Positions 29,744-43,739 of a stretch of DNA of 64,000 nt are shown here, in pieces; positions within the stretch are counted from its first letter, which is position 1; each line of letters opens with the position of its first letter. The notes under the pieces were generated by a model that searched no databases, was not told where the DNA came from, and saw only the letters and a program-made list of their open reading frames with translations. Position numbers and translations under genes: made by a program. The DNA is from the human T2T-CHM13v2.0 reference genome, Homo sapiens, in the NCBI RefSeq assembly GCF_009914755.1, contig NC_060929.1; one strand, 5' to 3'.

Positions 29744-31611
29744 AGAAGCAGCTTTCTGAATGAAAGATGGCATGAGCTGGCCTGCCTTGGGCAGTAGGGA
29801 GCTTCCTGTCATGGGAGATATGAGAGGGCAGGTGCATGGTCACCTGACAGGTTGGCTGTCCTTTGTCCTGCCGTTCTGCATAGCTGCCATTCTGTGACCT
29901 GGGATCAGGTCCAGGCTTGCCAAATGACTTTGGGTCAGTCACTTAGCCTCCCCATGCCTCAGTTTCCTCCTGTGAAAAGGAGAGAGAATTCCTGTCTGCC
30001 TCTCAGTCTTCTTGTCCAGATCAGTTGAGGTGCTGGCTATGGAGTCCTTTGTGTGAACACCACTGAAGCACGCAAGGGATGTTTCTTGTTTTTCCCTCTA
30101 AGTTGTCTGCTTGCCATCATGCTGCCGTTTGAGTGGCCAGCAAGGTGGGGGAAACTCTTACAGCTCAAGCTGACCTGATCTGCTGAGCTAAATTTCTGCT
30201 TTACGGAATTTAGTCTTGGGAGCAACAGAATGATGGGGGTAAATTCTAAAGCAGGAAAACAAAACTTGGCACTAGTGCTGAGGGATGTCCTGGCCAAGGC
30301 AGACATCGCTAATCAATCACCACACTCTTTCCTGCTGATCTTGGATATATGGTCTCATAACCTTTACCCATACAATGACAGCTACTAATAACCCTGACAG
30401 GACTTGGCCTGTGAGGTAAACTCTATTTGCCATTCCTTAGTAAAGAAAAACAATCATTAATGCCATTCCTGGTCAGTACCAAGCAAGTGACTCAGTAAAT
30501 GCATTAAGGGGAATATGTGCATTGGTGGGAAGTGGGGGTTGGGACAGCTGTGAGCTAAATTAATTTAGATGGGGATGGCTTCTTGGTGGAGGTCGTAGTG
30601 GGCTAAGCCCAAGAAGAAGAGAGGGGAGATTAAGAGAAGAAAAGGGAAGTAAGAAGGGCACACTGAGCCATTAGCCTGGCATAAGCAAAGGCTCGAGTTG
30701 TGGGCTGGGAGAAGGCTCCTGATCAGCTTGGGGTTGGGTGGCCCTGGCTTGGGAGTTGGATCCCTGTCACTCATTTACTGTGTGACCTTGGGTGTGGCCA
30801 TTCCTCTTGTATAAGATATAAAGAAACTCTTAAAAATTTTTTTTCTTCAAAGATGAATATCTGCAACATACACATATACAACCTTCCTTCTCCCCAAGCA
30901 GTGGGTTCCTAATGAATGCCTTGTTGGTGGCAGCATATTAAAGTGAGATCCAAATGACTCAGAAATCTGGGGGCTGGAAGCAGTAGCTACACCAGGATTG
31001 TTATCGGGGAAGAAGGAAGGATGTGGGCCGAGTGGGCCTGGACGGCTGACAGATCCCCAGATTTCTAGAGAATGGAGTATTTTCCCTGAGGTCAGCAGAA
31101 GGTTTGGGCCCAGAGCAGCTGAGCTGGATATCTGGGCCTCTGTACCATTTCAAGGAGCCCTTTTATTTTCAGCCAAGAGGGAGGGGAGGCTGGGTAGGGG
31201 CAGGGGTTGCTGAAGGGTTCTCATCTATTAATAGCTGGGATTTGGGGTCACGAGGCCCCGGATGCTGGGATGGCCTGATGCCTGGCCTTGCCAGCCAATC
31301 ACAGGGCCGCTGCTCTAGGGTCCTGCACATTAGCAGGTTCCCTATTGTGAACCCACAGGGCTGGCCTGGGCTCTGGCCAGATGTTCAACATTCCCTCCTG
31401 ACCCCCAGTGGGCCTCTGAGGGGCTGCCAAGTGTCCACTGGGACAGAGGTAGGGAGCAGGAAGGAAGAAGGGAAAAAAGGGCTTGTGTGAATGCAGCCAG
31501 TGGGTCCAAGCTTGCAAAGTAGATAGGAATGCAGGGTGCTTATGGTAGAGGTTCCTGAAGTGGGCAGTGGAACTCCTGGGTCCTGGTATTGATGTCACAC
31601 TGGAATGAGAG

Positions 31612-31638
31612 ATAAAGAGAGAGAGAGAGAGAGAGAGA
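31612..31638. repeat. (GA)n microsatellite
   Basis: Visible GA run. Confidence 0.9.
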
Positions 31639-32192
31639 TTGTTGGCCCACTCAGGCCTTCTTCACCCCTGGGCCACATTTGTTCCCCTCCTGCCATACTC
31701 AACACCCCAGAGGCCAATTAGTTAATTTCCTCTAAGATGTGCAGCCATCAATGGAATGATAGAACTCCATTTGCCATTTTGCCCTGTTGGGAGCTCAGAA
31801 TGGGCTGCACAGTTTTTCATAAAGAGAGTAGCATATCAGAGTAAAGGGGATCAAGTGACCTTAATGATGACTACATAGGACCTGAGAGACAATTTATGGA
31901 CTGAAGTCATGACCTTGGGGGATTCTTTTGACCTTTTTGGGTCCTTAGTTCCTCATCTGTGAAATGGAGAAAACACCAGCCTCACAGGGATGTTTTGAGT
32001 ACCAGATAAGCGAGTGTGTGAAAGACAGAGTCCACACCGTCCAGTCAGATGGGGGAGACCCCAGGCCAGTGCCCAGGAGATTATAATCCAAGGAGAAGGA
32101 ATGGAGAGAAACTCAGTGTGGTAGGAGAGCCCCAGGCTGGGAGGAAGATACCTGGATTCTGGTTCAGCTCTCTGCTGTCTCACCACCGCACT

Positions 32193-32350
32193 TGAGACAG
32201 GGTCCCTCTCCCTCTCCGGGTTTCAAATTCCCCCTCTTTACATTGAGAGGTTCAAGATGAGTGTCGCTAAGGCCCTTATTGATTTGATGGTCTGTTATTC
32301 CTGTTGTTCTTGTTTTGCAGATCCTGGGCAGAGGAGAGGTAGTTGTGTGT
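32193..32350 (+). repeat. Dispersed direct repeat, copy B
   Basis: Offset of 3230 bp from copy A. Confidence 0.95.
32321..32338 (+). other. Candidate 18-nt microexon B
   Basis: TGTTATTCCTGTTGTTCTTGTTTTGCAG|ATCCTGGGCAGAGGAGAG|GTAGTT. Confidence 0.28.
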
Positions 32351-32776
32351 GAGGCATTATATAAACAGGAGCATGGCAGTAACCATCTTTATACCCCTTT
32401 ATACCCCTTTATAACCACGTTTATACCCATGGCAGTAACCATGTTTATACCCTTCACCCGTCTCTGCACACACATGTGTGCAGGCATGCGTGTACATACA
32501 TGCCTGCCCCAGCCTAGGCAAGATGGGCATGGGAGACCCCCTGACTTGCCTGCCTGTGGCTGACCGCACTGTTCCCCTGCTTGTAGGCACCTCACACTCA
32601 GTGTGTTCAAAGTGGAGGTCTTTATTGCATCACCCCAACCCCAGCCCTATTTCCCTTCTTTCTTCTACTTGGGTTGCTATAGTCCTCAGTCAGGGAGCCC
32701 ACCCTAATTTATCCTTCTTCCTTGCTGCACATAGCTGGGAGTCACTGAGTCTTGCCAGTCCTACCCTTGAATATAG

Positions 32777-33395
<619 letters not shown>

Positions 33396-33809
33396 AACTG
33401 AGTTTCTCTCAGTTCCTTCTTGGGTCCTAATCTCCTGGGCACTGGCCTGAGGTCTCCCCCATCTGACTGGATGGTAGGGACTCTCTTTATCACTGCTGTC
33501 TCTCCAGCACAAGATAGGTGCCTGGTGCAGGTTAGCAGTTCAGGAAAGAGGAATCTGTTTATATACTCTCTCAGGGTGACCTTGACCCTTAATTACAAGG
33601 GGTTCCCTATACTAACAGAGTTCAGGAGATCTGGAGAGAACCCTCACCCAGGGTGACAGAAACCCTGGATCCCAGGCAGGCCTCTTCCCATGTGGCCAGC
33701 CCCTCCTGGGCCTCAGTCTCCAGTCCACACAACAAGAGATTGGACCAGATGCCCTCTTTTAAGGGCCCTTCTGGTTGTAAAGGTGGATAGGAAAGAGGCT
33801 AGCAGCATG

Positions 33810-33990
33810 GCCTTTGCAGCCAGGCAGACCCAGGTTAGAATCTTGCTTTTGTCTCTCATTGGCCGGGTGATCTTGGGCCTCTGTGAACCTTGGTTTTTGT
33901 CATCTGTAAAGAGGGATGCTTCTTGCAGAACTGGGAGAATCAAATGAGAGAGCCTAGTGCCTGACACTTAGCAAGCACACAATAAAAGGC
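33810..33990 (+). mobile_element. MIR
   Basis: CAGACCCAGGTTAGAATC..GTGATCTTGGGC..CATCTGTAAA..GCCTGACACTTAG. Confidence 0.65.
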
Positions 33991-34438
33991 ACCACCCTCC
34001 TTTCCAGTTTACAATCTGTTGGTGGAACTTGGCAGTTTGAACGTCTCATAAATCTTTATCATTAAGATTCTTTTTTCCCCTTTACCTTTTGGTGCCAGGT
34101 AATTATAGAGAGCCTGCTGTGCGCTTGGCCTTGGCCTCTACTCTGCCTCTCCTGAGAGCCCAGTCCCCGTTCTTCATGCACAAAGACAAAGACCCTCTGT
34201 TTTGGTTCCTGACGGTGCCACCCAAGTGGTTCAGGTGTGTCTGGAGCCTGCTGTAGGTTAGCGTTGTGACTGTCAGAGGCTGGTGGCACTCCAACCTAGG
34301 TTGACACTAAATGAGGCCAGAGAATAGAATGGTTTGCTGAGCCTCCCCAACAACTATGAGGTAAGCTGCCCAAGGGTCCAGGACAAGGCTTGGCTCAGAG
34401 TGAAGGCAAGCTGAGGGCTGAACCCCTGACACTCATTC

Positions 34439-35076
<638 letters not shown>

Positions 35077-35439
35077 TGATGGGAAGATTCCCCAGGGGCA
35101 GGAGCCAAGATCCAGAGGCAGGCGTGTGTGCAGATACCTTCCCAGAAACTCTTGTCACAGGGTGGGCTGTCTAACCCCCACTGGACATGTGCTGCTGATG
35201 GAGAAACTGAAAGTTGAGAAGATCAAGGGGAGGAATATCTTTGGTAGTAGAAAAGACAGACTTCAGAGGGTTCGAGTGGAGATCAGCAAACAGCAGGAAA
35301 TGTGGGTAAAATGAGTAAGTGAATTAATAATAGTCTTCTCCTTCCAACAGAAGTAGAATCCTCTCCCAGGCCTCAGAAGTAGAATATTAATGCATTTGGT
35401 GCCTGCTGCATTTCTTTCCTCTAGCATCAGAATGTGAGC

Positions 35440-35940
35440 GTTTGACTCTTAGGGCTGTTTTGGCTGTGTTACAGAAAGCCGATTCAAAGTCACCCCCGCA
35501 AAAAGAAGTTGATTGGTTCCCTTAACTGAAAATGTGGGGTTCAGGTTTAGTTAGATCCAGGAGCTCCATCTCTCAACTCTGCTTTCCTCTGTGAGAGCTC
35601 CATTTCCACACAGGCTCTTTCCAGCCAATGGGAGAAACGGCCTCAGGGTTTCCCATGGATCAGCTTAGCAACCACAGCAAGAGAGCATTTCTTTTCCAGT
35701 AGCATCAGCCAGTATCCTAAGGCAAACTCTTATTGTCTGGATTGGGGGCACATATTCAGTCCTGAGCCAATCATGATGGCTGGAAAAGATGGCCCTCTGG
35801 TTGCCCAGGACTAGGTCATGGGCCCACCCCTGGGCAAGAGTGTGTATGTGAGCTTAGCTTCACTGACCCACGAGAGCTGGGCCAGGAGGCATTGCTGTCT
35901 GGAAAGATGATGGAAAGGATAAAAACCCCTTGTGCCCACT
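35440..35940. mobile_element. Old MaLR LTR (MLT1J/K/L-like)
   Basis: GATCCAGGAGCTC, CTCTGCTTTCCTCTG, CCTGAGCCAATCA, GGTCATGGGCCCACCCCTG motifs. Confidence 0.5.
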
Positions 35941-36407
35941 GAACCTCTCCACTTTTATATTAAACACCAAATTGGCTCCAGGTTGGGATTTTAAAATGTG
36001 ATTAGTAACAAATTACCTACCATACCTTTTGCCGGTGTCTATTGTCACACAGAGGTGACCTGCTGATGTAAAATTAGCTGAGAACATCTGCTGATACAAT
36101 TTGGTAGTCACAAAAGTAAGGTTGTGGGGCCAGCTCTTAAGCAGTGTGTCTGTTGAGCAGTTTCTTGGATGTAGGGAAAGATGGGTGCTGCTGTGATCAC
36201 ATTCTATCTGCAGGGACACTATAATCTACCAGTGAGATCTGCAGGGAGGTTGACACATGTAGGGACATGGACTGGGCTATGAGCACCCTGTCGGCCAATC
36301 ATAACTAAATGTAGAAATAACTCAAGTTTGGATAGAAGATTTTGTCTGTACAATGGAAGGGTTAGGTTTGGTCACCTACCATCTGCAATCAATTGGTAAT
36401 GACTGTC

Positions 36408-37615
36408 AAAACTGGATCCCTTCCTTACACCTTATACAAAAATTAATTCAAGATGGATTAAAGACTTAAATGTTAGACCTAAAACCATAAAAATCCTAGA
36501 AGAAAACCTAGGCAATACCATTCAGGACATAGGCATGGGCAAGGACTTCATGACTAAAACACCAAAAGCAATGGCAACAAAAGCCAAAATTGACAAATGG
36601 AATCTAATTGAACTAAAGAGCTTCTGCACAGCAAAAGAAACTACCATCAGAGTGAACAGGCAACCTACAGAATGGGAGAAAATTTTTACAATCTACCCAT
36701 CTGACAAAGGGCTAATATCCAGCATCTACAAAGAACTTAAATAAATTTACAATAAAAAATCAAACAACCCCATCAACAAGTGGGCGAAGTATATGAACAG
36801 ACACTTCTCAAAAGAAGACATTTATGCAGCCAAAAGACACATGAAAAAATGCTCATCATAACTGGCCATCAGAGAAATGCAAATCAAAACCAGAATGAGA
36901 TACTGTCTCACACCAGTTAGAATGGCGATCATTAAAAAGTCAGGAAACAACAGGTGCTGGAGAGGATGTGGAGAAATAGGAACACTTTTACACTGTTGGT
37001 GGGACTGTAAACTAGTTTAACCGTTGTGGAAGACAGTGTGGCGATTCCTTAAGGATCTAGAACTAGAAATAACATTTGACCCAGCCATCCCATTACTGGA
37101 TATATGCCCAAAGGATTATAAATCATGCTGCTATAAAGACACATGCACATGTATGTTTATTGCGGCACTATTCACAATAGCAAAGACTTGGAACCAACCC
37201 ACATGTCCGTCAATAATAGACTGGATTAAGAAAATGTGGCACATATACACCATGGAATACTATGCAGCCATAAAAAAGGATGAGTTCATGTCCTTTGTAG
37301 GGACATGGATGAAGCTGGAAACCATCATTCTGAGCAAACTATCGCAAGGACAGAAAACCAAACACTGCATGTTCTCACTCATAGGTGGGAATTGAACAAT
37401 GAGAACACTTGGACACAGGGTGGGGAACATCACACCCTGGGGCCTGTTGTGGGGTGGGAGGAGTGGGGAGGGATAACATTAGGAGATACACCTAATGTAG
37501 ATGACGAGTTAATGGGGGGTGCAGCACACCAACATGGCACATGTATACATATGTAACAAACCTGCATGTTGTGCACATGTACCCTAGAAAGAACTTAAGT
37601 ATAATAATTAAAAAA
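36408..37615 (+). mobile_element. L1PA 3' fragment (ORF2 C-terminus plus 3' UTR), inactive
   Basis: ORF2 peptides [22 protein letters not shown] and WIKKMWHIYTMEYYAAIKK..IGGN*, an in-frame stop at ~36742, G-rich 3' UTR and short A tail. Confidence 0.97.
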
Positions 37616-38059
37616 TTCTGGGTTGGATAGTCCAAAGTTGTGCTCCGGCTTAGCAGGAAAGAGGCCTGTGATTGCCTAGTAATGTCTGCCATGGGCAGAT
37701 ATTAGGACATTGAAAGCAGTAGTGTGTTTGTCAGTGTAGTAGCCATTCCTTTACTTTTTTCAGCTCTCTTACTTTAGACATGAATCAACTGAACAAATGA
37801 GGGCAACCTTAGGGCTCAAAAGAAAGACAAATGCAAGATGGGGGCTTGCCTGGGAAGTGATCTGAAAATGCAGACTTATGTACACAGGTTGTGTCCTTGC
37901 GGAAGTCATTTTCCTTGCTGAAGCTCACTTTCCTCATCTGCAAAGTAGGACAAATGATCCAGTACTGTGAACCAAGCAGAGTTCCTAGGAGGATCAGATG
38001 AAATAATAAATGTGAAATCATTTTGTCATACTTACAATAGCAGAAGCCATTAAATGACA

Positions 38060-38230
38060 CTTTTTGTGTGTTAGGCACTGTTCTGAGTGCTTTGTTTATA
38101 TCCTCATTTAATCCTCAAAACAATTCTATGAAGTAGTTCCTATTGTTATCCTCATCTTACAGAAAACGACACTTGAACACAAATGTCAAGTCACACGCCC
38201 AAGATCACACAGCTGCAGTAGTGCAGGCAG
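38060..38230 (-). mobile_element. MIR
   Basis: AGGCACTGTTCTGAGTGCTTT..CTCATTTAATCCTCA..CCCAAGATCACACAGCT. Confidence 0.8.
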
Positions 38231-38509
38231 CCTGGCTCTGGTCTCACTGTTACGAATCCCTTCTTGATGGTACTTCTCACTGTAGACTGTAAAGTGCCAT
38301 GCACCTGAAAGGGATTCCCTGAAGCTGCACTTCTAGATCCTTTCTTGTTCAGGAACTGCCTTATTAACCCAGTCCCTCATGAAAATGGAGGTGAAATTGG
38401 CCTGCTGTGGTCTGTATGTCAGTCTTTCAGGGCTTGATGACACTTTTCCAAGACCTTGTGGGAGGTAAGGAAGGAGAAGCAATGTAGACCTAAGGATCTG
38501 TCCTTGATT

Positions 38510-38710
38510 TCCAGTCAAACTGCCTGGGTTTGTTTCCCGCCTCTACCACTTCTAGCTGGGTGACCTTGGGCAAGTTGCCTAACCTCTCTGAACCTTAGTT
38601 TCCTTGTCTATAAATAGAGATGATAATCCTGCCTACTGTGTAGGATTATTGTGGGGAATAAGTGGGATAACTTAAGGGATATGCTTGGTAATGTACTAAA
38701 TACTCAGTAT
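38510..38710 (+). mobile_element. MIR
   Basis: CTGCCTGGGTTTG..AGCTGGGTGACCTTGGGCAAGTTGCCTAACCTCTCTG. Confidence 0.85.
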
Positions 38711-39289
38711 GAGGGAGTGGTGGTGGTGATGATAGTGCAGAGGTCAAAAGGACCAGAATGATAGGCACAGGCTGCCCTTCCCAGGACCAGAATCTTTTGG
38801 CAGCATCATTTATGATGATGCCCTGGTCAGTTCTGAGCACATTCTCCCCTCCTAGCTGTGTGGAAGCCTGGTGGCTTCCCCTACAGAACATCAGGCTCAC
38901 TTAATCTCCCTGGGGTGTGCCTCCGCTCTCACCCCTGCACACCCTCCCTGTGCAGACAGGTCTGCAGTCATCGGCTTGAGCTGCTCTCCCTGTCCAGACT
39001 GCTGTAGCCCCAAACCAGCCCAATCCAGAGTGAGCTGGTCAGTAGCCTGCACTTCCTGGAGGCCTTTGAGGCTTAAAATATTATAATACTAGGAGCACAA
39101 TTGAGAGAGATTCTGATTCTAGGCTGAGGCATCTGGGAGTGTACAAGTGCCCTTGTTTGGGGACCTGATGAAATTAGCAAATAAATGAATGACAACACTC
39201 ATTGATTATTTGCTTTCCTGTCACTCAGTGCATTTCCTTCTGTTGGGTGGGTCCCAGTGACTCCAGCTGTGAGATGGGACTGGGCAATC

Positions 39290-39505
39290 CACTCTGGAGT
39301 GTGTGAAACATGCAGATTCCTGGGCCTCAGGAATCTGGACAGTGGACAGTAATGGTTACTTTGTTACTTGGGAGCTTGGTTAAAATGTAGGTTCCTGGGT
39401 CCCTGCCAGAGATGGATTCAGGATCTCTGGGGTAGGGCCCAGGACCCTGCATTTTCACAAGCTTCCCTGGGAGATTCTGCAGCAGGTGGTAAGAGAACCA
39501 AACTG
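39290..39505. mobile_element. MER5-type hAT-Charlie MITE fragments
   Basis: ATGCAGATTCCTGGGCC and GGGGTAGGGCCCAGGACCCTGCATTTTCACAAGCT. Confidence 0.65.
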
Positions 39506-39517
39506 GGTCTCTTCTTA

Positions 39518-39832
<315 letters not shown>

Positions 39833-41262
39833 CTATTAAAAAAACTGATTCTATTAGGTTTCTCCTTGTCTTCCCTCTGTAAGAAACCTCACTCCCAACT
39901 CTTGGGGCAGCCAAGAGACCGTGCAAGACTGAGTGCTCATTGGATGAATGAGCACCCAGAGCTCCTGCTTGAGTTTCTAGAGATAAGTCTCTGCTTCTTC
40001 ATGAGCTCCCCATCCCTGCAGGTGTGCAAGGAGCTCCAGAGCATACCCACTCCAGATTGGGGCTGGGGGATCCAACCTATGGGAAGAGTGTGTGTGATGA
40101 TGTGATCTTATGGTCTGGAGAGGCTGGTCTTTCATAGCAAATGTCAATTTCTGCAGAATGGGTAGTACAGAATATTGGTGCTGAGAGGGAATTTTTTTGC
40201 TGTAGGACTCCTTGTCTTCCCTCTGCAAATAGTCTTGCACAAAAGCTCCTTGAGTAAAGGAGACAGTCAGTCGAGCTGCTCTGATTGGCCTGGTGTCCAG
40301 CAGTACCCTTCCCTACCTTTAACAACTTCTGACAGATTAAGATAATGAGGGCAGTATCTCAGTGCCTTGCAGTTTTCCGTTTAAATATAAAAGGATTTGT
40401 CTATAAAAGTTTCATTTATTCAACAAACACTGGATGAATGAGCACTTGCTGGGCCTAGGGAACCCCAGGATACAAGTTCTAAGTCCTTGGCCTTGGGTTC
40501 CCTATGGGGAAATGATGCTGAGCCATGGGAGGGGTGTCAGTGGGACAAAGGGTGTCCCCCAGGCAAGGCTTGAAAGGGCAGGGTGTTGAAGAGAACAGAG
40601 TGGCCTGGGAGGGAAGGTGGGGAGCGGGTGGAGTGGTGGAAAGGGGAACACGGTGTTCAGAGGTGCTGAGATGGGACTGGTCAGGATGTTTGGAATCAAG
40701 GGTGGGAAGAGCAGGACATGAGGCTGTAAAATGGGAATTGGCAAACAGAGCTTGCATCGATAGTCCCTCGGGAGCCAGCAGGGCTCCTCCAGTGTCCCAG
40801 GGGAGACTTCGGAATTTTCTAGTCAGCATGGAGCATGGCAGAAATTTTCCTCCTTGGGGCCTCTGAGATGTGGGGTGCTACTCCCTCATTCTTCACAGCA
40901 GCTCCCCAGAGGCAAGAAGGGCCATAGAAAGGCCAAGACCTTTTCCAAGAGTGAATCATCTCCACTTTTGGGAGTGGTGGGACAGGGTTGGGGATGAGAG
41001 GATTGGAATGGAATTGGAGCTCAGATTCTTGATTTCATTTAAGGAATGTGATTTTAGAGATGTCGGCACTAGGACGCTGGGATTCTAATTCTGGCCGGCG
41101 GCACTACTTTTGCTTCTCTTTTAAATCTTTTTGTGCCTGAGTTTTCCCATCTGCAAAGTGGGATCATATTCATTTCTACCTTGAGGATTATTTTGACGCT
41201 TAAAGAATGTGCTGATAAAGGATAAGAGCCTGAATAGGATGCAGCCTTGTTCCGTAGTTGTA

Positions 41263-41300
41263 TTCATTCATTCATTCATTCAGTCATTCATTCAGTCAGT
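41263..41300. repeat. (TTCA)n/(TCAG)n microsatellite
   Basis: Visible tetranucleotide run. Confidence 0.85.
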
Positions 41301-41352
41301 CTGCATGCTTGGGTGCTTAAGACCCCTTTGCAGTTTGCACTGCTGGCCTCGG

Positions 41353-41384
41353 TATAAATCCCCACAAAGAGGAAATGACTGACT
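41353..41384 (+). promoter_or_regulatory. TATA-like box plus PU.1/ETS motif
   Basis: TATAAAT 41353-41359; AAAGAGGAAATGA 41366-41378. Confidence 0.35.
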
Positions 41385-42439
41385 TCATTTTGACATTCTT
41401 CCTTGTATGGAAAAAATGCAACTTCTACCCACTGGAGTCTCGTGTCTGTCCTGGGGATCCCACAAAAGAAGTTTGTGCCACTTCTGCTTGAAGACCTTCA
41501 GAGATGTGTGGATTAAATGATAGTAGCCACAGCCTTGTGGCCACATACCCTCAGCTGCTTCATCCAGGCGGAGGAGAGGTGGGCCTGGTTTCTGGGTGAG
41601 GTAGAGAGTGTGTTCTCCATCATCTGGGCCTCCCTGTGGTTCCCTGCCTTCCCCACCCTGGGGTGGCTGGTCTGGTGGACTTTCCCTCACACAGTCTGTG
41701 GGGGCAGCTGCTGTTGCTTGCTCCTTCCTTTTTGCCTTCCTGAGAAGTGGGTGGAGGCCATGGGGCAGCTCTTCTTGGTCAAAGGAGTGATTTCTGCTTA
41801 CTGGGAGGAGCACCTGACTCATAGGAGATGTTCTCCTGCAGGAAGGGAGAGGTGATTCTATCATCAAGTCCCAGGAGAAAAACAGAAGGAAGTTGGTTCC
41901 CCAGAGCATCCTCTGTCTTCTGGAAAATCCCAGTGTGCTGTTTAAAAGAAGGCCCTTATACTGCCTCCCTTGGCACTCATGCAGCAAATGTTTGTGGGGA
42001 GGTGCATCACACCCCAGTTTCCCCATGCCTTCAGACACATCTCCAGCAGCCTCTGCCTTCTGGAATCCAGTGCAGAACCCTGAGGCAGCCAAAACCATCA
42101 TCATAAAGATCAGGCACTGTTGTACCCCAAACCATTCTCCTTCAGACCCCAGTGCCACTTGTCTCAGGTACAGCCTTACGCTTGGAAAGCTGTCTGACCA
42201 GTCCACTGCCGATCAGAAACAGGACCCAAGCAGAGGGGAATGGAACTTCTTGAAGACAGCAGACTTGTAGGAGGAAGATGTGTAAGCTGAGACCCTAAAA
42301 ACCAACGAGGAGAAAACAGAGGGAGAGACGCTCAGACGGACCAGCCTGGCAGAGACAAGCAGCTCTGAAGATCCCAGTTCTCTGGGTGCAGCACTGTGTC
42401 GGGGCAAAGGACCCCAGGGATGTGTGTGTTACTATTATT

Positions 42440-42660
42440 CCAGGGTCAGCAAGCTACGTATGGTCCTGTGCGCCAAATCCAATCAGCTGCCGGTTTTTGT
42501 AAAGTTTTATTGGAACCTAGCCATGCCCGTTTATTTATGTGTTGTCTGTGGCTGCTTTTGCACCACAGAGTTGAGAAGTCATAGCAGAAATCTATCTTAT
42601 GGCTCGAAAGTCTAAAATATTTACTAGTTGGCTCTTTACAGAAGAAGTTGCCAACTCCCA
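42440..42660. mobile_element. MER58A-like hAT-Charlie MITE
   Basis: CAGGGTCAGCAAGCTAC..GTAAAGTTTTATTGGAAC..AAAATATTTACTA..CTTTACAGAA..GTTGCCAAC. Confidence 0.85.
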
Positions 42661-43008
42661 ATGATTTGAGCTATCAAGAAAGGGTTAAAATTCAGCTTCT
42701 GTTAGAGAAAGACTGGGAGGTGTGAATCTCTTGGGGAAGGCCTTCCAAGCAGACCAGCTGATGATGTTGTCACCCCATGTGTTGGTGCTTTTAATGAATG
42801 GTAAGATTTCAGATTGTCTGGATTTCATAAAATTAGCAAGTGTTAAGGCCAAGACAAATGTTAGACAGTGTCTAATTTAACTCTTGAATATCCACATGAG
42901 AGGAAACTGAGGCCCATGTAGGCAAGGGGGCTGGCTTGGGAGCCTATGGCAGCAGAGCTCACTCAGAGAACCCAGGCCAAAGCACTTTGTTCTGATTTGC
43001 TGTTGATT

Positions 43009-43044
43009 GCACACACACATGCATACGCTCATGTGTGTGAGCGT

Positions 43045-43083
<39 letters not shown>
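43009..43083. repeat. (CA)n microsatellite (interrupted)
   Basis: CA run 43046-43083 plus flanking CA/TG. Confidence 0.95.
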
Positions 43084-43084
<1 letters not shown>

Positions 43085-43213
43085 TCAAGCAAAATTCCCT
43101 AAGCAGTAAAATGGCAAAGATGTGTTTGCCTCTAAAGGGCAGTTGCTTATTTTGTCTTTTCTGTGCCTGTTGCCTTTGAGGCAGGAGAAGGGTGGGCAAG
43201 GATTCCTGCTTTG

Positions 43214-43390
43214 CCCTATATAAGGAGGCTGTTGTCCCAGCCAGGCCCATCCCCTGGCAACAGGACTAAAATGGTAACAGGGAGTTCTGTTTAAGGCCAG
43301 CTCTGCACAGCAGCTGCCTCTCAGCCCGCTGCTGATGAAGCGTTGTCTGCCCAACACCTGCCCTTCCTCCTGTAACCAGATTGGAATGCA
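43214..43390. promoter_or_regulatory. Candidate muscle-type enhancer or promoter
   Basis: CCTATATAAGG (CArG-like/TATA), CAGCAGCTGC and AACACCTGC E-boxes, GGAATG (MCAT/TEAD) within ~180 bp of unique sequence. Confidence 0.5.
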
Positions 43391-43739
43391 GGCACCAGGG
43401 TCTTCCTAGCTCTCCACTGGGGTCTGCAGTCGTGGGGTGGGTCCTGTGAGGGGGCCATTGCCCCACTGATGTGTGCCCTTAGTGCCACCCTGCCTTGGGT
43501 CCAAGGCCATGGGGACACACGAGACATCTTGACGTCAACGGGTCAGCTAGATTCTCCATAAGAGACTTCCCACTCTGGGCCTCAGTTTCCTTCCCTGTAT
43601 AGTAGAATTAGAGCCAGCTGTGGCTAAGGCTCCCTTTCACTCTGCTGTTCTATAATTCTGGCACCTATGCCTCCCTTGCAGCAGCTCTGAAATGAAAAGG
43701 TTTTTGTTCTTATTCTAGCATAGAAATTACATGTCATAG

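Noticed and set aside
36000-36400. Possible very old LINE (L2/CR1) coding remnant flanking the L1PA
   Set aside because: Similarity too faint to support by eye; needs a Dfam search
36535-37395. L1 ORF2-like ORFs as functional CDS
   Set aside because: 5'-truncated L1PA copy with stops; no promoter, ORF1, EN or RT domain
41385-42206. Longest ORF (273 aa, - strand)
   Set aside because: No recognisable domain, near-random composition and no splice context; similar overlapping ORFs occur on the other strand
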